A DNA stretch of 64,000 bases from Octopus sinensis (lineage: Eukaryota): NCBI RefSeq assembly GCF_006345805.1, contig NC_042999.1, positions 159,712,001 through 159,776,000 of the forward strand, given 5' to 3'. The notes below the pieces were generated by a model that worked only from the letters and a program-made list of their open reading frames with translations, was not told the origin of the DNA and searched no databases. This document shows, piece after piece, positions 1 to 13,518 of the stretch (within the stretch, counting starts at the first letter, position 1; each line of letters begins with the position of its first letter). The translations under genes and the position numbers were made by a program.

Positions 1-33
1 CGCATAGATAGTTAGATAGATAGATAGATGTAC

Positions 34-66
<33 letters not shown>

Positions 67-154
67 ATATATAATATATATATATGAAAATATGTATGTA
101 TATATGTATCTTGAAATTATGTATGCATGTATGTATATGTATGTATGTATATAC

Positions 155-228
<74 letters not shown>

Positions 229-259
229 CATATATATAAATATATACATATATATATAC

Positions 260-290
<31 letters not shown>

Positions 291-493
291 CATATATATA
301 TATACATATATATACATACATATATATATACATATACATATATATATACATATACATATACATATATATATACATATACATATATATATACATATACATT
401 TATATATACATATACATATATATATACATATACATATATATGCATATACATATATATGCATATATATATATACATATATATACATATATATAC

Positions 494-524
<31 letters not shown>

Positions 525-555
525 CATATATATATATATGCATATATATGTATAC

Positions 556-588
<33 letters not shown>

Positions 589-750
589 CATATATATATG
601 TATGTATGTATGTATGTATATATACATATATATGCGTGTGAGTGTATGTGTGTATGTATATATATATATGTGTGTGTATATGTATGTGTAGATATATATA
701 TAGCTTTGAAAATATGTATGTATGTATATGTGTGTGTGTGTACATATGTA

Positions 751-789
<39 letters not shown>

Positions 790-830
790 TGTGTGTGTGT
801 GTGTGTATACATATACATAAATTATTGCTG
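1..830. repeat. Compound (GATA)/(TA)/(TATACA)/(TG) microsatellite
   Basis: Direct reading. Confidence 0.98.
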
Positions 831-1408
831 TAAAGTAAATTTATAATATTTATTATATATCATGCGTCGTTGTAAAAGCTTCCTATTTTTATTGTGAATA
901 TACCTGCAAGAGTTTTCTTTAGATTCGCCCTTTATTCTTTTCATTTATTTCTCTTATAATTTCTGTTGATTCATTTCATTAATTTTCTGCTTCGTAGTTA
1001 TACACGAGTTAAATTCGTTTTTAGGATCATATTTTTTCCCTGTAGCTTCAAGAAACTAGATTATTTGTTTATGTATTAACCATAGGGGATTTTTTTATAG
1101 TTTTTATTTATCTATCTGTTGTATTTTTTCTGTATTTTTTTTTATTGCCGTGTCTGTTAATTCAGTATTGCAGTGCCAACAGTAAATTGAATATCCAAGA
1201 TATCGAGACAACATAATATCAATAAGAAGCGAAACTGTTTTGCGTGTGGAAAAGAGAGATAAAGAAAAAGAGGGAAGAAGAGAGGGGGAAAGGGTACAAA
1301 TTTCATTCCAATATCTATACGTTTTACTATTTAGTTAATCCATTTACATGACTAAATATTCTAAATGACTTATATTTCATTTAATTAATGACACCGCTAC
1401 GGAAAATG

Positions 1409-1804
1409 GGATGTTTTTCTAGCGATGTCAAATGAAATTGTCACCCATAATTATAACCCTAGTATCGATCTATTGCATTTCAATCTATTTTAGGGTTTTG
1501 TTTAGAGTTACGGTTAGGGTATCTTTTTTTCTTCGCAAATGTAAATAAACCCAATCTGTTTCTTAAACGAGGGACATATTCATACAGCACGGAATGTTTT
1601 CACCCCAAATGGAGGTCAGCGATTGGTTAAAATTGCCGAAATGCTCGAAATTAAAGTCGAAATATGTTACAACATATAGAATTTTCTCAATAAATCCAAG
1701 AAAAAATGATGTTTTATAAACACGTTCTACCAGTATACGAAGTTTAAAAGTGTTTAGTTAACTAGAAATTGTGTTGAAAACTGCCGTTCAAAAGGAAAAG
1801 ATCC
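1409..1804 (+). mobile_element. Same MITE family, older copy
   Basis: Internal homology, right TIR intact, degenerate TSD GGAAAATG/TGAAAATT. Confidence 0.85.
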
Positions 1805-2111
1805 TGAAAATTATATACACACAATGAAGAAATATTTAAAAAAAGATTCTGAAGAAAAAATGCCTGATAAAACTGAACTACACACAGTGAAAAATAATAT
1901 AAGTCCGTTCGAATGACTTAAGTCGGGTCGCTATATGTAGTAGCGTTACCAGTAAATAATGTAGACTGGTACTACCTGCGACATTTTGAAGGAAAAAAAC
2001 ATGGTTCTGTGTGAAACAGAGATACAATTCTGTGTGGAACAAGAAAAAGTCTAAATAAGAAGAGAAAAATAATTTAGGTTAGAAGAGCAAATAATGAAAA
2101 TATATATATAA

Positions 2112-2509
2112 CTAGCAGTATCGCCCGGCGTTGCTCGGGTTTGTAAGTGAAATAACTATATAAGCATTTTTAGAGATGTTAAGTATAATAGCCATCTCAA
2201 TATGGCTAACCGCAAAGGGGGGGGGTGTTACTGTAGCTTTTTACGTTCTGAGATTTAATAATAATTTTTTAGAGAGTTACTTCCCTTATATATGCCAAAA
2301 ATGCATTAAAAATGGGGAAAATTGATGGTAATTTTTTTTTTAAATCGTAGACTCATCGTAGACGCGCGCTAATACCCAGAAGGGCTCGATATGAATCACG
2401 ACTATAAGATACCCGGTTTTGGTTAAACTGTACCGCAAAATGTGGGAGTAGTTAGGAATCTAAATCGTAGGAGACAGACAGCACACAACCTCACTTTTAT
2501 ATATAAAGA
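2112..2509 (-). mobile_element. Non-autonomous Helitron
   Basis: On the minus strand: 5' A|TC, 3' hairpin CCCGAGCAACGCCGGG then CTAG|T; A/T target and no TSD. Confidence 0.85.
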
Positions 2510-2559
2510 TATTGTGTTGAAAGAAGGAAAAAAACCTCAAAGGGAGAGGTAATGTGGTG

Positions 2560-5500
2560 GACGCCTCCAGGTAAGAAGTGGGCTGGTCCACTACTAAGTA
2601 GACAGACTCAGTAAGTAGTGTCTGTCAGCGAGGTACGCTGTTCAAGCCAGTGAAGCAGAAGACAAAATATGTCGTCTTAATGCGGGACATATCAGCTATC
2701 AACAATGATCAAATAGTACTTGCCATTCACTGGTCCTGCGTAGTCTATATGTACCCTGGACCATGAACTATTCGTCTCAGACCACGACTGGTATTTCACC
2801 TATGGTACTTTGGCTGCTACATGATTTTACCAAATTTTCCATGTCTCGGTCCATTATCGGCCAATACACGTAACGCCTCATCGAAGCTTTCATTCTTGAC
2901 ATCCTCGGGTGTCCACTATGAAATTCCTACAATATTCGTTTCTGTAGTGCAGTTGGTACTATCGCTTTTTTTGTGCGTACATTAATACATAATTGCAGAG
3001 TGAAAAATGGCTCGTATTTGTGTTTCTCTTTTGTTTATTTTTCAAGGTTTCCTTCACTTTTATGATGTATTTGTCCTCCGCTGACTTACCTTTTATATCT
3101 TGTACAGTCACTGGCAACTCCTGAATGACATTACACATAGCGTTTAATTTCCTTTTCTTTTTCTAATGAGACTATCACCGTATCTTCCAGCGGTTTCGCA
3201 TTCTTCGGAATTAGCCCTGATAAACAATCTGTATGGCCAATTTTCTGAGAAAGAATGTGTGCCATCTTACCTCAGCATTGTAATCTGTTAGCTGTATGGG
3301 TAGGAATTCCTTTCTCCGATCCGAAACTTCATAGTAACGGTCAGTGGTCCGAAAACTTCTACCGTGTAGAAATCAGCGAAATTTCTACATGACAAAAATA
3401 ACTGCTACAGCTTCTTCCTGTATCTGACTAGTTTCTTTCTGTTGCAATCAGAGCACGTGAGGCATGAACCACCGTCTTAATATTGCCGTCTTTATATTTG
3501 TGTAACAAAACTGTTTCTACGCCGTATTCGGAAGCGTCAGAAGCTACAAGAATCTCTGCCGCAGACTTAAAATGAGGCAGCGACAAATCCGAAATTAATA
3601 TTTTTTTTAATATCCTGAAACACCTTTTGACTATTTGACCATTTGACCAATTCCGTTTGGCGTCGTTCTTTAACAAATTATTTAGTGGAGCTCTCAATTA
3701 GAGCTGGCAGAAACGTTAGCACGCCGGGCAAAATGCTTACCAGTATTTCGTCTGCCGACACGTTCTGAGTTCAATTTCCGCCAAGGTCGACTTTGCCTTT
3801 CATCCTTTCGGGGTCGATTAAATAAGTACCAGTTACGCACTGAGGTCGATATAATCGACTTAATCCGTTTGTCTGTCCTTGTTTGTCCTCTCTGTGTTTA
3901 GCCCCTTGTGGGTAGTAAAGAAATAGGTATGTAATTTTGATAATAGTTCGCTAGACCATGAAAAGCTTGTAATGTCGCTATGTTAGTTGCGGGAGGCATA
4001 CTTTTAATTGCATCTGACCCCGATGGGTCAGGTCATCTTCCGTTTTTATCTGTAATTTGTCCTAAATATCTACTATTAGTAGAGTGTGAAACCATAATCT
4101 CGTATTTCTTAAAAAACACACCTCACATTTTCGATATGCTGATCACGCGTATTCACTGTTAGAAGCTTCGAGCATTCCTCGTCTACTTTAATTTATAGAT
4201 ACGCATCAGACAGATCCAATTTCGAAAATATTTTGCCACCATTTAATTTTGCAAAATTATCCTCCGGAGAAGACAGTGGGTTGTGACACATTTTTAGACA
4301 GCCATTCAAACCAGTAGAAAAATCGACACACACCCTGATTTTGTTATTTTTTTAATACACACCCACTTAGAATAATCTACTTTTTTAATAATTCGCAATT
4401 TCTTCAGTCTGTCTAATTCTTACTCTACCTGTTTTATTGCAGATAATGGTACCTTTCAATTAGGTTTGAATGCAGGTACAATGTTTTCTTTTATTTGAAA
4501 ACAGGCCTCAGTCTTAGAATTTATCTCACAGCACTTTAGGAAGCAAGATTTTAAATTTTTTTCTTTCAGTTCGGCTGCTGAGTTATTTTCACTGATGGGA
4601 CAACTATCTATTTTTTTTTTACAGAACAGACTTATGGGGGGGTCTCATAAGTCAAACAACTCCAACCAGTCCGTACCGAACAGATTGGTTGCGTATTTTA
4701 CCACGAAAACTTACTCTACAGGTTTTTCCCCGAAATATGATATGAAGTGTAGTTTTTCACCTGTCACACTACGTGCGATTTTAGATGTTTTTCTTAACGT
4801 AGCTTTCCCAGTTCTTATCCACGTGTCGGTATTAATAATTGAAATGTCGCTACCAGTATCTAGCTGTAATTTAATATTCACTTCGTTTACTTTTACATGT
4901 ATAAATTTATTCTTTGGTGTCGCTTCTACTTTCCATTCAGAAAACTTTAGAATTTATGTTCTATCTTCCTAAATTTGCTCCACAATGTGAGCTCTTGTGT
5001 TCTACTTTTTAGAAACTGTAACATTTTTGCGTTTTGAAAGGACGATCCTTCTTGAAATGTAGGGCTCCACATCAGTAGCATGGGTTTGGTCTTAACATAT
5101 TTTTTTTATACCTACCCGGTCGGCACGCTTCTCTTCGGAACTCTTTCTCTTCAATTTTCTTTATGTCCTGACGTAAGTTTACCATTCTTTGACACTCCAC
5201 TGCAACTGTCTTCAGGGTGAACTTTTGTCCTCTTGTTCAGGTTTTCTGAGAATTCTTGCACGCATCTCCGCATCTTTGTTTGCAGTAAGCTCTTATACAA
5301 AAATTAGGCAAACATATCAATAGTTAGTCCCTTCGCCCATTCGGTTTATGGTCCCGACATATGTGACAAAGTCTTCTTTCTCTCTTTTAAGTAGATCCCA
5401 ACACTCCTATCGAGTTTTAAATAGGGAACTCTTATCACTGAATATTTTTTATAGTAGTTCGACTGGAAGCAAATTTCATTAGTTTTGGTGGGTTGTATGA

Positions 5501-5960
5501 AATTACAATATTTTTCATGTTCCGCCGGCGCTAATTTACGTAATAATAGTCTTACTTTTTCGTTGTTCGTCCACAACTTGCAATCTTCCCTGAAGATTTC
5601 TTCGCACCTTTTAAAGTACGCTGCAAACGTTTATAACTCATCTGGATCATAACTGAATTCTGTTATAGAGTTTGATGTGCTGTCTGGCAAAAACGAACTT
5701 ATAGTGTTTCCGGGCTTCTTAAGACATAGCTCCATTGACCGTTGTTGTTTTTCTTGTTGTTGAAGTAGTTGTTACTGCAACTCCGGTTGCCGTTCTTGCT
5801 GCCGGTTTTGCAACTGCAGTATAGAAGCTAATGGGTCTTCTATCATTAACGCCTTTGTATCACAAAATATTTGTTTACTAACTTGCGTCAGCTTCGAATC
5901 CTCGTCGCCAATTATTGTAACGTAGTTACTCGTTGTCAATTATTCTAGTATCGCCACTAT
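2560..5960 (-). mobile_element. Decayed Ty3/Gypsy LTR retrotransposon internal region (gag-RT-RNaseH-integrase)
   Basis: gag YDPD..TFAAYFKR..KVRLLLRKL (~5350-5700); RT KIFSKLDLSDA (~4200-4500); RNase H LVASDASEYGV (3428-3697); integrase HSGHPRM..YVYWP..HIDYAGP (~2690-2940); PBS-like TGGCGA at 5951-5956. Stops and frameshifts throughout. Confidence 0.88.
3701..3930 (+). mobile_element. SINE family B nested in the Gypsy element
   Basis: Matches 13519-13752. Confidence 0.88.
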
Positions 5961-5993
5961 TTGTGACGTTACTTGTTTACACTATAACTGTGT

Positions 5994-6395
5994 CATCATC
6001 ATTCATCATTGTTCGACCGTGGTCGAGACAGTGGAATTTACCATGCTACGCCAGATTTCACGGTCCATCATGGCATTACGGAGGTCCTGTTGCTAGATGC
6101 CTGTATCCCTGGAGATTACATCAGGGTAGGAGAATGTGCGCCCTCTGGTATTGCGAGTAGATGGCTTCCAGAGGAGGAGAGTAGAAATTACCTCTTTTTC
6201 AGCTCTACAACAATGTCCAGCAAACTGGACTCTCCTACCTTTCACAAGAGATGGCACAGGTGGTAGTTTCCCATATATTTGCATTTTGGTTGGATGGCGC
6301 TTCCACGAGAGATTTTGAGCTCTCATAAGGAGGCGAATGTAGGTTCCATCCAGCCGCCTCTCAATAAAATATATAACGAAGCAAGGTTCCACGAA
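5994..6395 (-). mobile_element. 3' end of RTE/RTEX-like LINE with (TGA)n tail
   Basis: RVQFAGHC...GRTFSYPDVISRDTG; homologous to 59633-59875. Confidence 0.75.
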
Positions 6396-6559
6396 TTATA
6401 CACGAGCCAACAATCGATATTCCGACGAAGGACCAAAACGACACCTTACGACTTCCTGCGGTTAACACCTGCTCTCTGTCTCCCACTCCGACCGCTACTC
6501 TTTACAGTCATTCGGTCGAGTCTATTCTCGCAAGGAGTGCGGTGACTCTAGCCACAACA

Positions 6560-7680
6560 GTTATAGTTAGAAAGTCTTTGAAAATATTTATACAACTCTT
6601 CCTGAACTTAAAACCATGGCATTGCAGCTCATATGGCTTGACACTGCCTGGCCATCATCCTTATGCATGACTGAACATTGTGGATGTTTACATGTCTTAG
6701 GACATTCAAAAGAAATAACCCGGTATGGTCGGTGACTCCAGCTGCGTCATACTCCCTATGAACAGTGAGTCATTTTCTCTTTTTACTTAGAAGGAATCTT
6801 TGCGAAATAAGAGTGGTTTCCTAGCGTTCATAATCATTGGGATATCAAGGTCGCAAATTACAATGAATTGTCTATTAAAGTATAAAGTCTTCAGTGGGAG
6901 GGATTTCAGTTTTGAAAAATAGAAATCTACGATTTCAAGGGCTGCTTTGTTCTCAATGCTACAGAAACAATTGATTATAGGAACACTAAAATTCCACTGG
7001 ATCTATAAGTTAGCTCTTCTAGTGTCTGAGTTTATAGCATCTAGAGTACACTTACAATGTCTGTCTCACTCTGAGAGGAGTTGATTAGCTTATATTGAGG
7101 ACTGGAAAAGTAGTTGTGATGTAGTCGTTAAGAGGGAAAATTCCGACTCCTTTTCTCGCTTAACCTATTAATTCCAACCATCGAAATAACCACCTAACAC
7201 TTCTCCTCTCCAGAGTATCTTTTACAAGGGCCTCCTTGCTCATCCGAAGTTCATTATTGCTCTTCTGCCTCCGTGTGAAAGTCTTTATGCTCCTCTGCGA
7301 CGAACATAAATAAGAAAATTTAAATATATTATTGTTGTCACCATAAGGACATACCACCTTAGACCTAGACATATTCCACCTATATATTATATTTCAAACT
7401 ACTGTCGCTCATGCTTGATCATGCAGACTCAAATGTAACAACCTCACACCATCCAATCGGAGTAACTGTTGTTGAAATGTCACACACCGCAAAAACCGAG
7501 TGGGTAACTCCTATTGAAAGAACTGATGTCGCTAAGGAGCCAAAACAATCAAGTGACATGAAAATACCAAGACAGACAGGAATACTCTCACATAGAACTC
7601 ATTTTAAATTACTTTTTAATTCTCTTCACTCGGACTCACAATATTTGGTGATGCGAACTATTTCTGCGGCCACGAAACAT
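6560..7680 (-). mobile_element. Degenerate LINE APE-endonuclease region
   Basis: Remnants of ETW, RGGG and GDFN-type motifs; many stops. Confidence 0.45.
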
Positions 7681-7724
7681 TAAATAATGTGAACCTGGAT
7701 CGATCTGTGTGCGTGGGAGTTTGT

Positions 7725-7733
7725 GTGTGTGTG

Positions 7734-7768
<35 letters not shown>

Positions 7769-7845
7769 GTGAAGAAAAAGAAGTGGAGAAGGAGGAGGAG
7801 GAGGAGGAGGAGGAGGAGGAGGAGGAGGAGGAGGAGGAGGAGGAA
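7725..7845. repeat. (TG)n and (GGA)n microsatellites
   Basis: Direct reading. Confidence 0.97.
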
Positions 7846-8342
7846 TGAATGAATAGAAAGAAGTGAATGATGGAAAACATGGGATGAGCAGGATGAGGAA
7901 AAAGAAAGAAGAGAAGAAAGGAGGAACAATAAGGATGAAGATGACATCGAGAGTAAAAATGACGAAAGAGAATTTCTTTTCTTCCAAAGAAAATTAATGC
8001 TTAAAACTTTTATGGTTTGAAGAATCATAGACTTTTCACTTGAAAAATATTAGTTGATTTGACAAAGTGTTTAAGATATTTTTAATGTCAAAGACGTTGT
8101 GTAGCCTAAAACAACATTTAAGCGAAAGCATCAATATAAGAAATCAATAAAAGAAATGAAAAGATTACGGTCAATTTTACTTATGTAACTCTTACAGTAA
8201 ACGGAAAGAGTATCTTTTAAAGTTTTATTTATAAATCACTAAAACTCTGCGGGTGCCTAAGTTATAAATAAATGCCTATATAAACCATTCTTCATTGTAT
8301 TGTTTCGTGTCTATAGATTTAAAAGAGTACTAAAGGATATGA

Positions 8343-8734
8343 GGATCTTTTCGGTTTGAACGGCAGTTTTTAACATAATTTCTTGGTAACTAAAAAATGT
8401 TAAACTTCGTATACTGGTAGAATGTGTTTATAAAACATATTTTTCTCTTGGCTTTATTGAGAAAATTCTATAGTTTGTAAGATATTTGTTGTTTTTTTTT
8501 TCTTCAATTTCTGCAATTTCAACCAATCAATGACTGTCTATTGAGGTGAAAACATTCTGTGTCGTATGAATATGTCCCTCGTTTAAGAAACAGATTGGGT
8601 TTATTTAGATTTCTGAAGAAAAAAGATACGCTTCTCCCCACCCCTAACCCTAACCCTAAAACAGATTTAAATGCAATAGATCGATACTAAGGTCATAATT
8701 ATGGGTGACAATGCCGTTCAAACCGAAAAGATCC
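8343..8734 (-). mobile_element. Same MITE family, inverted copy
   Basis: Same TIR and internal sequence; small terminal deletion; no TSD seen. Confidence 0.88.
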
Positions 8735-9004
8735 AAAGAATTTATTATAGAAATGCTTACAGCGTATCGTTAATTCCTTTTATGTTAATTAGGTTACTCT
8801 GTGACGTAAGTATTTGGAGGGACTCCTCTAAGCAAAGTTCGCATTTTAGCGACCCCGAAACGATGAAAATGCAACCAGTCATAATAATTCCATCAAGGTT
8901 CCCTCTCTGCTAGTGTGAAGGCATTCTTTTTTTACTTCATACAGCAGAATCTTATTCTTTTCTCCATACTGACGGATTTCTGTGAATTTTCTTTATGCGT
9001 ACAT

Positions 9005-9058
9005 ATGTGTATGAGAGAGAGAGGGTGGTGTGTGTGAGAAAGTGAGTAAGTGTAGTGA

Positions 9059-9099
<41 letters not shown>

Positions 9100-9130
9100 G
9101 GTGGTGTGTGTGAGAGAGTGAGAAAGTGTA

Positions 9131-9193
<63 letters not shown>

Positions 9194-9372
9194 GGTGGTG
9201 TGTGTGAGAGAGTGAGAAAGTGTAGTGAGTGTATGTGTGTGTGTGTGTGTATGTGTGTGTGTACGCGTGTGTGTGTGAGAGAGAGAGGGTGGGTGTGTGA
9301 GAGAGAGAGGGTGGTGTGTGTGAGAGAGAGAGGGTGGTGTGTGTGAGAGAGAGAGGGTGGTGTGTGTGAGAA
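9005..9372. repeat. Higher-order (GA)/(GT) minisatellite
   Basis: Repeated unit (GA)nGGGTGG(TG)n...GAGAAAGTGTAGTGA. Confidence 0.9.
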
Positions 9373-9616
9373 CACCTGTCGTCATTATGACATTTCCCTT
9401 CCCAAAAACTGATATGAACATCACCCGAAACCAGTCGCATTGGGTAATAAAATTACTATTTTGTGAGAATTTACCATCCATACTGACAGACAGATAAATG
9501 CCTACAGACTTCATATTATTATCAAGGATCATTGACAAAATGCCTCCTATCCAGTAGATATGACAGTACTAGCTGATCGATATAGCTCAGTCAAAAAATT
9601 ATAGAAGTTAGCTAGA

Positions 9617-9774
9617 GGCGCAGGAGTGGCTGTGTGGTAAGTAGCTTGCTTACCAACCACATGGTTCCGGGTTCAGTCCCACTGCGTGGCACCTTGGGCA
9701 AGTGCTATAGCCTTGGGCCGATTAAAGCCTTGTGAGTGGATTTGGTAGACGGAAACTGAAAGAAGCCCGTCGTA

Positions 9775-9824
<50 letters not shown>

Positions 9825-10235
9825 GGCGCGGGAGTGGCTGTGTGGTAAGTAGCTTGCTAACCAACCACATGGTTCCGGGTTCAGTCCCACTGCGTGGCAT
9901 CTTGGGCAAGTGTCTTCTGCTATAGCCCCGGGCCGACCAATGCCTTGTGAGTGGATTTGGTAGACGAAAACTGAAAGAAGCCTGTCGTATATATGTATAT
10001 ATATATATGAGTGTATGTGTTTGTGTGTCTGTGTTTGTCCCCCTAGCATTGCTTGACAACCGATGCTGGTGTGTTTATGTCCCCGTCACTTAGCGGTTCG
10101 GCAAAAAGAGACCGATAGAATAAGTACTGGGCTTACAAAGAATAAGTCCCGGGGTAGATTTGCTCGACTAAAAGGCGGTGCTCCAGTATGGCCGCAGTCA
10201 AATGACTGAAACAAGTAAAAGAGTAAAAGAGTAAA
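9617..10235 (+). mobile_element. SINE family A (tRNA-like head, CORE-like CTTGGGCAAGT, internal microsatellite, conserved right arm); truncated plus full copy in tandem
   Basis: A/B-box-like head; highly similar to the copies at 14916, 23463, 50353, 55059 and 63762. Confidence 0.88.
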
Positions 10236-10521
10236 TACAAGACCCTAGAAATAGAAATCAGCAGAATTTGAGAGCTAAAAATATTTATTCTTACCGGTAG
10301 TAGTAAGAGCACTAGGTATAATTAAGAGAGGCTCTTCAATTTTCATTGATAAAATACCTGAAAAATCAAATACACACGATGTCCAAAACCTTGCACTGAC
10401 CTCAACAGCCCATCTCTTGATAATATTCCTATTGTAATAACGTAGTTAATAACTTTAGATCTCGGGTAGGGACCCCGCTAGTAACTAAAATACCCCCGAA
10501 ATCATGCTATTTTATAAAATA

Positions 10522-10701
10522 GAAGAAGAAGAAGAAGAAGAAGAAGAAGAAGAAGGGTGATGATGATGATGCTGAGGAGGAGGAGGAGAAGGAGGAGGAG
10601 AAGAAGAAGAAGAAGAAGAAGAAGAAGAAGGGTGATGATGATGATGATGATGAGAAGAAGAAGAAGAAGAAGAAGAAGAAGAAGAAGAAGAAGAAGAAGA
10701 A
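10522..10701. repeat. (GAA)n/(GAT)n/(GGA)n triplet tract
   Basis: Direct reading. Confidence 0.97.
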
Positions 10702-10738
10702 TTTCATAGCAATCACTTTATGAATACGCTGTAACGTA

Positions 10739-12026
10739 CGAGGGACGTTCAATAAGTAATGCCTCTGACCCACTTGCAGTTGTTTGATCTAGCTGAAATT
10801 TTTCATGTGCAATCATTTATATCTCTATAGAGTAAGTGGCAAATTACAGCTCTGAACTAATTGTGGTTTCTGATTTACAGGTATTTGAACTGATTCAAGT
10901 GTGAAATGGAGCCTGTTGAGTGTCGAGCAGTGATCCGGTTTTTGTATTTGAAAGGACGCACACCACGGGAGACTTTTGATGAAATGAAAGTAACTTATGG
11001 TGATGATGCCCCATCATATGACCTTGTAAAACGCTGGCATCATGAATTCAAACATGGTCGGAACTCTGTGGAAACAGCTCTCAGATCTGGTCGCCCCCTT
11101 CTGCCATTGATGAGGCATCTGTCCGTCAAGTTGAGGCTGCCATTTTGGAAGATCGACGCATGACTATTCGCCAAATAGCCCATGAGGTCAAGATTAGTAC
11201 CGGGTCTGTGGAAACTATCATTCATGACCATTTGCATATGAAAAAGGTGTCTGCCAGATGGATTCCCAGGTTGCTCACACCTTTCCAGAAGCAAGAACGC
11301 GTCGATTGCTCGAGGATGAATTTGGAGATGTGCCAAGAAGATGAGTCAAAATTTTTCAAAGGACTGATTACACAGGATGAAACCTGGCTCCATCACGATG
11401 ATCCAGAGACCAAAGCCCAGTCAATGCAGTGGAAGCACCGTGACTCAACCCCTCCAAAGAAGGCAAGGGTGCAGCCCTCCGCTGGCAAGGTCATGCTCAG
11501 TCTTCTGGGACCAGGACAGAGTAGTGATGACAGATTTCCTGGCAAAGGGTGCCACAATTGCAGGAGCCTATTATGCTTCACTTTTGAGGAAATTAAGAGA
11601 AGTTATCAAAACAAGAGGCGGGGCAAGATCAGCAAAGGCATCCTCCTCCTGCAGGACAACGCTCCGGTCCACAACTCGCTTGTCGCCAGATCAGAAGCAC
11701 AGGCGTATGGCTATGAACTCCTCCCCATCCCCCCTACTTTCCTGACCTTTCACCCTCTGATTTTCACCTCTTCCCAATCATGAAGTTGTTTTTGAAAGGA
11801 AAGCGTTTCCCAGATGATGCAGCCTTGATTTCTGAAGTCACGTCGTGGTTGGAGGACCAAGTTGGGGTCTTCTACAAAAACGGTCTCCAGAGCCGCATCA
11901 AACGATGGGAGAAATGTGTAACTCTGGGTGGTTCCTATGTAGAAAAAGACTAATAACTGTGCCAAGTTTCGTTGCTCTACTTCTATGGGAAGTGGGTCAG
12001 AGGCATTACTTATTGAAAGCCCCTCG
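10739..12026 (+). mobile_element. Full-length mariner DNA transposon (Himar1/irritans-like), defective DD34D transposase from 10906
   Basis: TIRs CGAGGG(A/G)C(G/T)TTCAATAAGTAATGCCTCTGACCC, TA TSD. Motifs WIPRLL, TQDETW, QDNAP and (Y)xPDL split across frameshifts. Confidence 0.95.
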
Positions 12027-12285
12027 TATAGCTTAGAATAGGTGTTCTCCTAAAAGATTGAACAGAAAGGATGGTCTCCTACTCCCAGCTTCCAAAATTA
12101 TAACATTTGAAGAGAACACTGGACTAATAAAGGTTTTTATTAACGAGTTTCACTACTGCTGCATATACGTGAGCAGCACTTTAAAACAGATCTATAGATT
12201 ATGGAGAAATACTCGTTCAAGTGAGAGATATTATGGCAAATACGTTTGTCATCATACTCGTCTCTATCTTGCACTGGATATATAC

Positions 12286-12344
<59 letters not shown>

Positions 12345-12770
12345 GTGCGTGCGTTGCAATCCAGTCTCAACTTCTCGGAGGAAAGTTATTTATTGCGTAC
12401 AAACTTCCACCTGTCTTACAAAGTTCTGGAAAAAAATTTTAAGGAACTTTTACGTGAATAGCAGCTTGAAATTACGTATAAGAAACATGACAATGATATG
12501 TCAATAATCAATATGACTATAATTTCCTGCAAATGACAGCAGAAAATAGAAGAAATTACTCTTGTTAGTCATGGACTAAATATCGAAATGGAAAGATTGT
12601 AAGAGAACATGTCCGATTCTTCATTTGTAAACAGTTCACATGGAAGGATGCATAAGCGCGTCTTAGAAAAAGTATATGCTTATATGTACAATATAGCTTT
12701 ATGCTTAAACACAGATATATTCCTAGAAAATAGCAATAATTCGGTGTGTATATGAATGAGTAGTCTCTCG

Positions 12771-13186
12771 GGATCTTTTCGGTTTGAACGGCAGTTTTTT
12801 CTAGCAGTGTCATATGAAATTGTCACCCATAATTATGACCCTAGTATCGATCTATTGCATTTCAATCTGTTTTAGGGTTAGGGTTAGGGGTGGGGGGAAG
12901 GGTATCTTATTTTCTTCACAAATGTAAATAAACCCAATATGTTTCTTAAACGAGGGACATATTCATATGGCACAGAATGCTTTTTACCTCAATAGACGTC
13001 AGTGATTGGTTGAAATTGCAGAAATTGAAGAAAAAAACAACAAATATCTTACAAACTATAGAATTTTCTCAATAAAGCCAAGAGAAAAAGATGTTTTATA
13101 AACACATTCTACCAGTATACGAAGTTTAAAATTTTTTAGTTACCAAGAAATTGTGTTAAAAACTGCCGTTCAAACCGAAAAGATCC
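12771..13186 (+). mobile_element. MITE with 28-bp TIR GGATCTTTTCGGTTTGAACGGCAGTTTT and 8-bp TSD GTCTCTCG
   Basis: Perfect TIRs; TSD at 12763-12770 and 13187-13194. GG termini with an 8-bp TSD suggest Merlin-like (hAT/P not excluded). Confidence 0.92.
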
Positions 13187-13518
13187 GTCTCTCGGAGTTT
13201 TTAACTTCGAATATCAGTAAACATTTTCCCAAAGAAACTCATAATGAATCTCCCAAATCGTAAATAGAAAAAAGAATTAAATGATGACATAACTACCAAT
13301 AGTAACATATGAAAGAAACAAAACCTATGAGATGATATAGTTATTTCTTTAATTATATCAGAATTCTTTCATATAACCAGCTGAATATATTTTAAATTAG
13401 ATAATAGATTCTATGTATCTGCTACATAGAATCTCAATAAGCTTTAGGAAAGCGGAATTGAGTCTCCTGCACCCCAAATTTAAGTCACCATCAAAACATT
13501 AACAGGTTACATGGATAT

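Noticed and set aside
55-846. Multiple 60-240 aa ORFs (YIYI...)
   Set aside because: Translations of TA/CA microsatellites, which lack stop codons.
7636-8028. Poly-Pro/Ser/Leu ORFs
   Set aside because: (GGA)n and (TG)n microsatellites.
10185-10215. CAGTCAAATGACTGAAAC in the SINE A tail as a hammerhead
   Set aside because: A stem-loop plus GAAAC is present, but there is no upstream CUGANGA-like core.
12871-12902. Telomere or chromosome-fusion scar
   Set aside because: Only 2-3 units, and it is part of a MITE present in several copies.
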